64,000 bases of DNA, from contig CATNEN010000002.1 of NCBI GenBank assembly GCA_950097015.1, forward strand, positions 2,976,001 to 3,040,000. The letters are read 5' to 3'. The notes beneath the pieces are model-generated. The model searched no databases. It saw only the letters and a list, made by a program, of their open reading frames with translations, and was not told the DNA's origin. Shown here one piece after another: positions 1 to 11,477 of this stretch. The translations under genes were made by a program, and so were the position numbers. The DNA comes from Macrostomum hystrix. Taxonomy: Eukaryota > Animalia > Platyhelminthes. Within the stretch, counting starts at the first letter, position 1. Each line of letters starts with the position of its first letter.

Positions 1-1890
1 TTGACTAACCTGATGACCTGGCGATTGGCTAACCCGATGACCTGGCGATTGGCTAACCTGATGACCCGAAGTCTCACCGAATACCGCTGAAGCCGACACC
101 GTGGCCTACACTGACACGCTGTCATTCATCCAGCTATCGACTCCATCCCATACTGTCTTAGCGTTTACACAAACAGCGGCACTAGCGTCTCTCCCATCAA
201 TCAAGTCTCTCTGCCCGACTCCTGCAATTGCGATCTCTCGTGTCCGACACGAAGCAGAACCAGAAGCCTCATTTCAACGTGGTGGCCCTGAGAAGGGCCG
301 TTTTAACGTTCACAATGGGCTAACATCATACTGTGCAGTCAACAGATCGACCCCGCAGCGAAATCGGCACCGTCTAGAGCAACTGCCGGACTAGCCGACC
401 GCTGCTCTGGATGATGGGTATTCCGCCGTGGATATCGACATCTGCAGCCACAGCAGATGCACACCCACACGACCAGACTGACTAAGATGAAGGCGCCTAA
501 CAGCGCCCACAGGCTAATCAGCTGCCACTCGACGATCTGCAGTCGCTTGTCGAGACGCTCGACCTGAACACCGAGGTCTGTTAAAAGCCAGCGCAGATTT
601 GAAATTTGGTCTTGCATTGCAAGTTGAGAAACAGTTTAACTTTTAGAAACTCGCTAGAAGTCAAATGTTGCACGCATAGAGCCCCACGTTTTTCTGTCCC
701 TTTATATCACTTTTCGTCGCTTTAATCCAAACCTCTCCTTTCCTTTACTTTCTAACTCAATAAACTTAACTGGACATGTACATTACTCGCGCACATAGTC
801 TATGGCACTTCTCTGCGCTACCCCACTCCCTTTGTGCACCCTCCTTGACCCTGTCTAAGGTCTTGTATATGCCACTTGTTTTGACACTCCTAATCGATCG
901 CGTTTTTCTATCATATTATTATACCAACTATGCATATAATCTTTTGATGTCACCTTACATTTAATGCTCCTTACAAATACTGCAATGCTATGCTACGTTT
1001 TAAATTTTACGGAACGACCTTTATCTATAAGCGTTTTGTCATTTTCCTATCTTTTGAAACCTGTTTCGAATGCATGCTATATCATTTTTTCTCCTACCCT
1101 ACACTATTTTACCCAATGATTATCAACATTTTGTTTCTTCGAGCTCGGAGGACCTTCGCTTCTGTAAAAAAGGGCCAATGAAATGTTACAATTTAACCCA
1201 TGCGATTCACACCTATATGCGCTGATAAAAAACCAAAAATATCCTGTTTTCCCATTATGCGAAAATGCGTATGCAAGAGCTCCAGGATTCGCTCAAAGTC
1301 TCCTGTCGAATGACCGCCTTTGGTCAAGCACTATAAAAGTTCTTGCACTGAGAGAAAAGTGTTTCCCCAACCCTTAACCCTTACCCTTTTCCTCCCTGAA
1401 ATCATCTTACTCAAGCCAGCCGCAGTTAATATAATCCACTCACTTACTTAGCTAGCCATTGCTATCCCTGGCCAGCTACAAAGCTTAGACTACACCTTAG
1501 ACAAAGCTAAACTTATTTCATTAAGTTAGAATTCCTTGAATTCCTACCTGACCTTTAATTTGAAACCATACCCCCTCCGATTGTGATCTAACAAGAGGAT
1601 CCGTGAGTAACCACTAACAACTCGTGTTTGGGAAACACCTCTCAGTTAATTTTATAGAAAGTTTCATCATTGTGATTGCTTATTCTAAGACCATTTAAAT
1701 ATAATCCGATCGAGAGTATAATATCTAAAGTGTGTGCAACATCAGGAAAAGATAGTCGATTTCCCACGCCTCCTTATTTCTTAGAAATAGCCTTTCGTAA
1801 TGGGCTATTGTCGGAAACAACAATCGAATATAACAAGAATATTTATTAAGCTAGACATAGATAGATTAGAGACGAAACTAAAATATTTCA
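1..1890 (+). repeat. 5' LTR (truncated by window start)
   Basis: Matches 6501-8390; the only difference I saw is AA vs GT at 1876-1877. Ends in CA directly before the PBS. Confidence 0.88.
339..617 (-). CDS. 92-aa single-pass membrane protein ORF inside the LTR (heptad-like N-terminus, TM, Cys cluster, basic tail)
   Basis: True ATG at 617 (gcaATG). Hydrophobic stretch LISLWALLGAFILVSLVVWV followed by CICCGCRC and RYPRR. Confidence 0.55.
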   Translation of the reverse strand: MQDQISNLRWLLTDLGVQVERLDKRLQIVEWQLISLWALLGAFILVSLVVWVCICCGCRCRYPRRNTHHPEQRSASPAVALDGADFAAGSIC

Positions 1891-1891
1891 C

Positions 1892-1905
1892 TGGTTCCCT
1901 GACCG
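1892..1905 (+). other. Primer-binding site complementary to the tRNA-Glu(CTC) 3' end
   Basis: TGGTTCCCTGACCG, 1 nt after the LTR-terminal CA, is the reverse complement of ...CGGTCAGGGAA-CCA of eukaryotic tRNA-Glu(CTC). Confidence 0.8.
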
Positions 1906-4430
1906 TCTTTTCCTCCATGCACTCACTTTATTTCTACACCATGACTAAATTCATTATTGCTTAAGGCATGGCTGAGGGGCGTGGGGGGAGTAATCTGGCA
2001 ATTCCTTTCTGCAATTAATATTAAATTTTGTCGAGTTCGAAAAAATCTTGTGTTCTCCCGTGTTTCACTGCGTCCTCAATGAAATTCGAGGGCCCTCTTA
2101 AACCACAGTCAGTCAGTCAGTTAGTTAATTAGTCAGTCAGTCAGCTAGTTAGTTAGTCAGCTAGTAAGTCGATTATCGATAAATCAGTTTAAATGAAGAT
2201 AATGAAGCTTGAGGTGTTGGCGCGCAGATATAAATTAAAATCCTCCTAAGACTTTTAATAAGTCATAGTCGGCAAAACCTCTTTCTTCAACACCTTTCCG
2301 AGTCGTCAAGTTAGGTTTAGATTTCGTTGAATAAATTCAACACTCTCTAAATAACTTCTCAACTCAAAATCATTTCCCTCCAACTCTGCAAGTGTATAGC
2401 CTCCCTATCGTTGAAATTGGTTGGAAATTCCTCAAGTAAATTGTTAAATCAGACGGCAAGTCTTCTAAACGAAGATGTCTCTACTCCTCCAACGTAGAGA
2501 ACCATGCAAATTGTCTTCTAAAAAGACGATTCTGCCTAATATTTTATCTTAGACGCTTTCACTTGTAGAACTTTTAGCAACAAAAAACTTTTAAATTTAA
2601 CATAAAATCCTATAGTTACGCATTATCGCTTCTCTGCTGGGTCAACGCGAAAAAGTTTTTCTTTAACCAAACACTGTTGTCCTAAAGCAGCTTTCCGTTG
2701 TGTGGTCCATGCAAACAACCACGCGCTTCTCCCCAATTCTCCGCTGCGTCAACACAACAAAATTTTTCGTTTTTAACCAAACATCATTCTCCCAACGCAG
2801 CTTTAGGTTATACAAATATATGCAGAGCCTTTGGCCTTCCCAAGGCCCTCATTCATCAGCCCTCTAGATTTTTTTTGGGAAATTTTCTGCCTGAATCATT
2901 GATCAGGTTCGAAGCTGCATTCTGCTAAAACTTTTCTCGTTTACTTTACTCAGCCTCACTTGCATGTGAACCCAATATCCCATTTCTTTACGCAAACAAC
3001 AGCCCTATTCCATCATCCTGGCAAATTGGGTCAATAACGGCTCCCTCGGGATCGCTGGTTAAACTTTTCGCCGACAATGTTTCTCATTTCCCCTCCTAGG
3101 TCTTGTTTGTTCTTTCTCCTGAAACAGCATTGCAAATTCAGCACCATCTACGTCTCAATTTCATCAATTTTTGACTTGCCTCACGGGCAAGCTGGCAAAC
3201 AATGGAGGTCACGGCCCCAAACATCTATAAAACCTCCTCCCTCTATTCACATTCATCACTCTCAAAACTCAACTAAACTCAGTCATTCTGCATCTCCTCT
3301 GCGATCCGACCTACCTGCCGCATCCTTCGCCGTGTCTGCTGAAGCACTGCTAGTGCCATCCTGATCGTTCTTTCCTGAATTCCATCCTGAATTTCTCATT
3401 CTTCGTCTGCTTCTTCAACCACTTGTAACCAGACACATCTAACGCTGTAAATATACTTGATATGCTTACAAAATTCTATAAAAAAGCACATAAATATATA
3501 CCTTTTTATATCATATATAACATTACCTACTTAAGCTGTATATAAATATTTAACTACCTCTCTCTATGCTTACACACGTCAACGTTTCTGTATATATTTC
3601 CTCGTTCACAAACGAACATTTATCTAATAGGATGTATAATGAAGTTCCGCACTACACAAATAATATCTATTGCTTTCCTTTGAACATATCCTCTTGTAAA
3701 TACATCTTTTCATATGTAACGACATGCGTATACCTGTCTTAATACTTATACTTTCAATAAAAGTGGTAAAATGAATAAATAAAAAATAAAAAACTCAAAA
3801 AATAACTAAAATATATTACCATCTAACTTGTCTTTGTTTATAACGTGAATATATATATAACCAAAAAACAAAAAATCACAAAATCAAAAAAGCAAATAAA
3901 AATAACAATATTAGAAAACAAAATAAAAGCAGTAATCTAAAAAGCGTCTAATGATTTAAATATTCCTACAACTTTTAAAATCCCTCCTCGCTATTACACT
4001 TTGCATTCTTTGCCTGACTCCAAAACCACGTGGTACCTATTCATTAATTAATTATTCGCCGTACTGATTCAATCTGAACGGAGAACACATTTCTCAATCA
4101 GACGCAGATGAACACGTTTAAATAAAAGCCGCATTACTTATTCTGAATCCCCAAAATTGCCAGAACTCCGGACCACGTGCCCGAAAGCCGTTGCCTGTTG
4201 CAACAAACCCTCTTCTTACTACTCGCAGTAACCAATACTTGCTTCACCATCAAGTTCTTACTCCGCCTTATCCGAATCTTGTTTTGCATTCAACTCCACA
4301 AGAGAGTTTAAAAGTACATGAATTTATTGCCTAGTTATACTCGCTCTGGAAAAAAATAATCAATCATTGAAATTGGAGGACCCACAGCAATCTCAGATAC
4401 CGAATCAGTCCATAGACCCTGATTCTCTAG

Positions 4431-5980
4431 TTGAGGACAATCCAAACGGCACAAACCCCTCCGTCTTGTCCACACCTCACAATAGAACTGTTACAGGCGC
4501 ATCAACTTCCGTCACTTTTGGAGACTTACCGTCATACAGAGATAGTACATTACAAGATCAGCAACAAGAGTCTGTCGGTGGTGACGACGACATATCTGAA
4601 GAATCAGAGACTTCAGACCAGACGACAGTTAAAATACTTTTCTGTACAAAACAACACGCTCTATTACGATGATGACAATGGAAACATGCGACTCGTTATA
4701 CCACACTGTTATCGAGATGCCTTGTTATCCTCGTGTCATACTTCGGCTTTTGGCGGCCATTTAGGTCTTCAAAAGACTCTGCAGAGACTGACACGCTTCT
4801 ACTACTGGCCCACTCTCTACAAAGACGTACAAACTTTCGTTAATGGGTGTACAATATGTCACCGCGCCAAATCTGGCCCACGACTGCACCCAGAAAGAAA
4901 AGCCGTCAAGTTCAATGAAGTCTTCTCACACCTGGCTATCGACATAGTTGGACCTGTACCTCCTGCAAGCCGTGATAGAGACATTTTCAAGTACATCCTG
5001 ACCGCTCAGTGTGGCGTCAGCAAGTTTCTCTTCACGATCCCACTATGCGATACTACGACAGCTACAATCTGCTCCAATCTATTTCGATATGTGTTTTCCG
5101 TTGCCGGACTACCAGCCCATATCATCTCAGACAATGGTCCGCAGTTCATATCACAAGATTATCGCGACTTCATGAACACGCTAGGCATACAACTCATCTA
5201 CACCTCATACTATCAGCCATCTAGCAACTTGTTGAAAGAGCACACAAAACGCTCAAACAAACACTGACAGCATTTGTGCACGACAAACCCGAACTCTGGC
5301 TTGAATACCTTCCATCAGTTACGTTGGCATTAAATACGGCCGTACATGCTCATATGGGTGAATCTCCCTTCTATCTATTCTATGCTCGCGATTTCCTGCC
5401 ACCTAATGCTAGAATCATAGAGCATCAAACTACGGCCTACATAGATGTGATCAAGCCCGTCAACATTACGAGTTCTGCCATTTTACTCGCACGTGATATC
5501 GCCATTCAACATCTACACTCAGCAGCTGATGCTCGTACTACACGACATAATGAGCAAATGTCTCAATCCACTCCGTTAAAAGTCGGCGCTCGCTGCTATC
5601 TAGATGTTTCCGCCACTAAGGCAACTAAATTCTCTAATCCCTACCGTGGTCCTATGAGAATACTCAAATGGCTATCACCGCAGAATGTGCTCATCAATGA
5701 TGTGAACAAGCCTCATGAACAACCTATCGTGGTACATGCTTCAAAACTCAAACCTTCGCCGAACGATACGCCTCCTGAAGCCATGATACCTGAGTTCACA
5801 CATTCAACGGCTCAAACACACACTAATCATCGAGCGAATCTTACTCGCTCAATTGCGTTGCAAACATCTCAGACGGACATCAAGCAGTCGGAGAAGGGTG
5901 CAGACCGTAATGCAACACCTACAAACAACTTGAAAGAAGAGCCTAGATACCAACTACGCTCAAGAGCCGTACCACGATGA
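4431..5980 (+). pseudogene. Retroviral-type integrase, frameshifted at about 5230
   Basis: H2C2 zinc finger (CHTSAFGGHLG...CTIC), core AIDIVGP, IISDNGPQF and, after a 1-nt shift, VERAHKTLK. C-terminal PYRGPMRI and terminal PRYQLRSR. Confidence 0.9.
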
Positions 5981-6475
5981 GCAATAATTCGCGCTATGAA
6001 CTCGATAAGATCGACATTCTTTAAATTCGTGCATGTTACCTTCTACGTTACCCATATTTTTATTTTGTTATAATTTCTTTCCCTTCTTCACCCTTGATGT
6101 TTGATATAGAATACCATCATTCCTCCACACATCTAATATCTATCTTCCATAGTGCACATTATATGCCTTGATATCACTTTTGTCAATCCAAAACACAAAA
6201 AACTACAAAAAATACCACTTTTCAATACACATTATTTAGTTTCTCGCTTACCCTATTTCTTTTCATAATTATAGATAATTTTATATATTACCTAAACTCG
6301 ACATACGGCTTCACCTATATTTATTCGCTACCTTTATTACCTCCTCATACACATTTTACTCAGCTACGACTATTTCGAAGACAGACCTCTTCTCCTTACA
6401 CTTGTTCTAAACAATCTTTCCAACATCTTTTCTTTCTGTCCTTTATTCCACATTCGCCTCGTTGAGGCTCGACCG

Positions 6476-6566
6476 TGTGACTAATCTGATGACCTGGCGA
6501 TTGACTAACCTGATGACCTGGCGATTGGCTAACCCGATGACCTGGCGATTGGCTAACCTGATGACC
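6476..6566 (+). repeat. 24-bp tandem repeat x~4 (CTAACCTGATGACCTGGCGATTGG) in LTR, also at 1-65
   Basis: Visible period of 24; some units carry an inverted CCAAT box (ATTGG). Confidence 0.85.
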
Positions 6567-8390
6567 CGAAGTCTCACCGAATACCGCTGAAGCCGACACC
6601 GTGGCCTACACTGACACGCTGTCATTCATCCAGCTATCGACTCCATCCCATACTGTCTTAGCGTTTACACAAACAGCGGCACTAGCGTCTCTCCCATCAA
6701 TCAAGTCTCTCTGCCCGACTCCTGCAATTGCGATCTCTCGTGTCCGACACGAAGCAGAACCAGAAGCCTCATTTCAACGTGGTGGCCCTGAGAAGGGCCG
6801 TTTTAACGTTCACAATGGGCTAACATCATACTGTGCAGTCAACAGATCGACCCCGCAGCGAAATCGGCACCGTCTAGAGCAACTGCCGGACTAGCCGACC
6901 GCTGCTCTGGATGATGGGTATTCCGCCGTGGATATCGACATCTGCAGCCACAGCAGATGCACACCCACACGACCAGACTGACTAAGATGAAGGCGCCTAA
7001 CAGCGCCCACAGGCTAATCAGCTGCCACTCGACGATCTGCAGTCGCTTGTCGAGACGCTCGACCTGAACACCGAGGTCTGTTAAAAGCCAGCGCAGATTT
7101 GAAATTTGGTCTTGCATTGCAAGTTGAGAAACAGTTTAACTTTTAGAAACTCGCTAGAAGTCAAATGTTGCACGCATAGAGCCCCACGTTTTTCTGTCCC
7201 TTTATATCACTTTTCGTCGCTTTAATCCAAACCTCTCCTTTCCTTTACTTTCTAACTCAATAAACTTAACTGGACATGTACATTACTCGCGCACATAGTC
7301 TATGGCACTTCTCTGCGCTACCCCACTCCCTTTGTGCACCCTCCTTGACCCTGTCTAAGGTCTTGTATATGCCACTTGTTTTGACACTCCTAATCGATCG
7401 CGTTTTTCTATCATATTATTATACCAACTATGCATATAATCTTTTGATGTCACCTTACATTTAATGCTCCTTACAAATACTGCAATGCTATGCTACGTTT
7501 TAAATTTTACGGAACGACCTTTATCTATAAGCGTTTTGTCATTTTCCTATCTTTTGAAACCTGTTTCGAATGCATGCTATATCATTTTTTCTCCTACCCT
7601 ACACTATTTTACCCAATGATTATCAACATTTTGTTTCTTCGAGCTCGGAGGACCTTCGCTTCTGTAAAAAAGGGCCAATGAAATGTTACAATTTAACCCA
7701 TGCGATTCACACCTATATGCGCTGATAAAAAACCAAAAATATCCTGTTTTCCCATTATGCGAAAATGCGTATGCAAGAGCTCCAGGATTCGCTCAAAGTC
7801 TCCTGTCGAATGACCGCCTTTGGTCAAGCACTATAAAAGTTCTTGCACTGAGAGAAAAGTGTTTCCCCAACCCTTAACCCTTACCCTTTTCCTCCCTGAA
7901 ATCATCTTACTCAAGCCAGCCGCAGTTAATATAATCCACTCACTTACTTAGCTAGCCATTGCTATCCCTGGCCAGCTACAAAGCTTAGACTACACCTTAG
8001 ACAAAGCTAAACTTATTTCATTAAGTTAGAATTCCTTGAATTCCTACCTGACCTTTAATTTGAAACCATACCCCCTCCGATTGTGATCTAACAAGAGGAT
8101 CCGTGAGTAACCACTAACAACTCGTGTTTGGGAAACACCTCTCAGTTAATTTTATAGAAAGTTTCATCATTGTGATTGCTTATTCTAAGACCATTTAAAT
8201 ATAATCCGATCGAGAGTATAATATCTAAAGTGTGTGCAACATCAGGAAAAGATAGTCGATTTCCCACGCCTCCTTATTTCTTAGAAATAGCCTTTCGTAA
8301 TGGGCTATTGTCGGAAACAACAATCGAATATAACAAGAATATTTATTAAGCTAGACATAGATAGATTAGAGACGAGTCTAAAATATTTCA
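6501..8390 (+). repeat. 3' LTR (true start lies somewhere in 5981-6500)
   Basis: Copy of 1-1890; identity stops exactly where the PBS starts in copy 1. Confidence 0.88.
6839..7117 (-). CDS. Second identical copy of the LTR-embedded 92-aa membrane ORF
   Basis: Translation identical to 339-617. Confidence 0.55.
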   Translation of the reverse strand: MQDQISNLRWLLTDLGVQVERLDKRLQIVEWQLISLWALLGAFILVSLVVWVCICCGCRCRYPRRNTHHPEQRSASPAVALDGADFAAGSIC

Positions 8391-8649
8391 CTTGTGCTCT
8401 TATGGAGAAATCGAAAATTAATAAAGGACGACGAATAAATCCAGTCAATCCAATTAAATTCGATTGTTCAAATTCATTATATACGAGCTCGTAAATAGTT
8501 CCCTTTGATTCTGTTCAATATATTGAACACCAATTAAGAAATAATTAGATCAAAAATACATCAGCCAAATATTCCGTTTTGCGACACGGTATTTAAGTAC
8601 GCAACAGGAAAGAGGCGTGAAGAAAGAACGGCACGCTTTGAGAACAGGT

Positions 8650-8745
8650 AGCATCTGTTAAGAATATCTGTTTAGAATATCTGTTAAGAATATCTGTTTA
8701 TAATATCTGTTTAGAATATCTGTTAAGAATATCTGTTAAGAATGC
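8650..8745. repeat. 13-14-bp tandem repeat AGAATATCTGTT(T)A x~7
   Basis: Directly visible. Confidence 0.8.
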
Positions 8746-9353
8746 TGACCGTTCCCGAAGAACTAATTTGTCCAATGCTTAGTCACGTCCCCCCTAGAAT
8801 AGAATACAGGTCTTTCAGATATTTAGAAACTTTCGCCTGATGTCTGATTTCTGATTTTAAATCAGGACGATTCCAGTTTGTAATTAAATTACACGCGCTG
8901 GAAACATTGTACTTCTACAGCATTCCGAGACGGATAGGTACGCGTTACATACTTCAGCGAATAATTTCACTTACTTGACAAATCTGTTAGTTGAACACAT
9001 GCACTACAGGAGCAACTCCACGAGCATTAGAAGCGACCGCACCACACGAGAAGCTATCGAGCCAGCACCTGAATTGGGACCCGCGTCAGCACATGGAATA
9101 ATGGGAAAACTAGGTAGCACTTGATCCTCTTGCCTTCTGTGAGCAGAGTTGTCAATTGTGGTAGGATTGCCTGAACAGACATTATGCTCCTTAAGCTGTT
9201 TTCTGGTGTACAGCATCACCTTCATCAGCTGTAGTCAGATCATCAAGGGCGTCTTGAACTGCCTTGTTGCAACGCCGGCGAGCCACAATCTCGCCATCTG
9301 TCCTCGAAAAGATTCTGCATGAATGCAACTCCCATCATGTTTCTTCTACAGCA

Positions 9354-10075
9354 TTAATCCAGAGTAAAGTAAAAGTTATCGTTATTCTGTGGCCTTCCAA
9401 AACTTAATCTCACACAAAGAACGTGGCTTTTTAGAAAACTCAGTTTGGAATAAAGGTTCAAGAGCAACAAGTCGATTAGAAATTGCTGAAGCTGTTCTAC
9501 TTGAAGTCTATAAATAAAGCAGCCACATTTATCACATGAAGAATAGCCACTATGACTTTTCATACCTTTAATAAATGCCCGAGCAGGTGCATCGCAAACA
9601 AGCTCGATACGAACTGTATTTTTAATCATTTTGAGCTCAGAAGTCAGTTGAGCTAAGAACTCTGCCAATGGTGGCTTGCCTTCGCCAAAAATATTCCAAT
9701 GACAGAAGGACTGCTATCATTGATAGCCCCAAGGATAGGACGAGATTTTTTTTGCTAATAAATTTTAACTTTTTTAATTTTAGTTTAATTTTTTAAGATT
9801 TTAATCTAAGATTTATATCTAAGATCTAACTTTTATAAATTGGTAAACCATCTATATTCATTTGTAATTCAGGCTTAACATTCAAATCTTAAGTCTCAAT
9901 TAAAAGTCTAGCTTTTCCTAGACCAAAGAAGGCAAATTTTTTTTTCCCATTGGAATAACAGCATTAGACCTTGGAGTTTCCATAAATCTTCGAGCAGACA
10001 TTGGAAGCTTAGGAACTCCAGGTAAAGTAGCTAGAATTTCTAAAAATCAATCAAGAGCAAAATGGGAAATTCCAA
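9354..10075 (-). pseudogene. Decayed CMC/CACTA-EnSpm-type transposase
   Basis: Broken frames read ...LPMSARRFMETPR..., QMNIDGLPIYKS, PILGAINDSSPSVIGIFFGEGKP, and LVCDAPARAFIKGMKSHSGYSSCDKC. Confidence 0.8.
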
Positions 10076-10634
10076 ATTCATTGACGCTGGAAAAAAGGAG
10101 CGTCACAGTGCATGCTTCAGAGCCCGGGCGCGAACAAAGGCCGCACCGCCGGCAGTGTCCGGGGCGCCTGGAATTGACACCTTAGGATAGGACGGCCGTG
10201 CCTATGCTTCAGAAAAAGGCCGGCCGCCCTCCTATCTCGGCAGTGTCGGCAGGGTTCTGCTAACCCATACTACTACTACGGGGTTTCAAGTTCGGCAGCA
10301 GCCTCTTTAGTTCCTCAAATAGGCGGTCATATGTTCGACGGTTTTTATTTGGCAGCAAGGCAAAAACAAGTGGAAGCACTTTTCCTAGAACCTTTCCATG
10401 AATTGAGTACACCTGAGTAAAAGGTTCAGGTAAAACATTCTATTGAAATCTAAGAATATAATCCGCAGAATTCCCCGGCAAAGAAAACGGAGTGACTTAC
10501 TCAAAGCTTCCTTTATCGGAATCCTCCCCATTCTGCTGAAACTTGTGAAAAAGAAAAAGAGGTTGAATAGGGGAAGAAAAAGTATTTAAGAAAGGCAGCA
10601 CAGTCGAATTCTGCTGGTTTTAAGGCACTCGCGC

Positions 10635-11477
10635 TTGAGCGTGAACTACATAGACATTCAAGGCTTCCCGTGTGATGGAGAGAATGATGACTTCATCGTG
10701 AAGGAGCTGGCAGTCCTCGAAGTAAAAAAGGGAAGCCACCACATTTCCCACCATGTGTACGCCCCACCGCATCCGTGGGAGAGAGTGTCACCCGACATGC
10801 GAATGTACTACAGTCAGCTCACGAAGAATCAGCATAAATTCAAGTGGAGCGATGGAAGCCGGCCGTATTTTCAATTGACCCATGCCATTGTGAGCATTGG
10901 AGGCGGAGTCACTTGGACAAGCGGAGAGGAAAAATCTATTTTTCTGACTGAGCTGCTAGGCAGACAGGTATTCAACCTAGACGATCTGGGCTCACCTTCC
11001 GCGAAGGAGTCAGCTAGCGGCTGTGCTGTGAGAAATGCATTGCTGTACTACAGTTGGCTAAAGCCAAAGTTCTGCATCAGCTTAAGAAGCGAGCAGTGTC
11101 CATGGCACAAGAGTTTCAGCGACATCAGCAGTCAAAGCATTCAAAATGAGTGCAGGAGCCACAACACTGAGTGTCACCAACCTGGTTGGCGGAGTGGATC
11201 TGAAACTGGTTGGAGGCAGGGGCGCCCAGCTGCCTCTAAGAGAACTGGCTCTCAGCATGGCGCATGTGATCTACCGACCCGTTTGGCCCCGGGTGCTCAT
11301 CAAGCAGATGCGAAATTCCAGGGTAACTCTGCTGCTCTACCCCACTGGGCAACTGAGCATCTGTGGCGCCAAGAGCTACGCAGACGCGGCCAGGGCTGCC
11401 CGTCGCTTCGTGGCTATGCTGCATCGCAGAGTGCCGGTTCAACTGCTGCCTCCTCAATCCATTTGTGTTCGAATTAA
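10635..11477 (+). CDS. DEDD-exonuclease-like protein of the type seen in Polinton/Maverick and viral elements (conserved part about 10635-11070; starts at TTG)
   Basis: Motifs YIDIQGF...FIVKELAV, YAPPHPW, HKFKWSDG, GEEK, VFNLDDLGSP, CAVRNA..YSW. Family assignment is from memory of such motifs, not a search. Confidence 0.6.
   Translation: MSVNYIDIQGFPCDGENDDFIVKELAVLEVKKGSHHISHHVYAPPHPWERVSPDMRMYYSQLTKNQHKFKWSDGSRPYFQLTHAIVSIGGGVTWTSGEEKSIFLTELLGRQVFNLDDLGSPSAKESASGCAVRNALLYYSWLKPKFCISLRSEQCPWHKSFSDISSQSIQNECRSHNTECHQPGWRSGSETGWRQGRPAASKRTGSQHGACDLPTRLAPGAHQADAKFQGNSAALPHWATEHLWRQELRRRGQGCPSLRGYAASQSAGSTAASSIHLCSN

Larger units (their letters stand above)
1..8390 (+). mobile_element. LTR retroelement (Gypsy-type integrase), apparently non-autonomous; 5' end outside window
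   Basis: Direct repeat with period exactly 6500 (1-1890 vs 6501-8390) ending ...AAATATTTCA. Copy 1 is followed by a PBS and copy 2 by unrelated flank. The internal region holds an integrase on +. Confidence 0.9.

Noticed and set aside
10-65. CTGATGA as a hammerhead ribozyme core
   Set aside because: No downstream GAAA core or pairing stems could be found; it is part of the 24-bp repeat.
101-1377. Plus-strand ORFs in the LTR (101-394, 776-964, 990-1181, 1183-1377 and their copies)
   Set aside because: Short, no recognisable motifs, low-complexity or AT-rich composition; identity between copies reflects LTR identity only.
1369-1387. Telomere-like AACCCTTAACCCTTACCCT in the LTR
   Set aside because: Fewer than three imperfect units and not canonical TTAGGG; compatible with chance.
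1-8390. The 6500-bp periodicity as a simple tandem segmental duplication
   Set aside because: Identity ends exactly at a CA terminus followed by a tRNA PBS in the first copy only, which is the LTR signature.
10268-10279. TACTACTACTAC as a Polinton terminus
   Set aside because: Orientation would place the element to the left, away from the virus-like genes, and no matching long TIR is visible.
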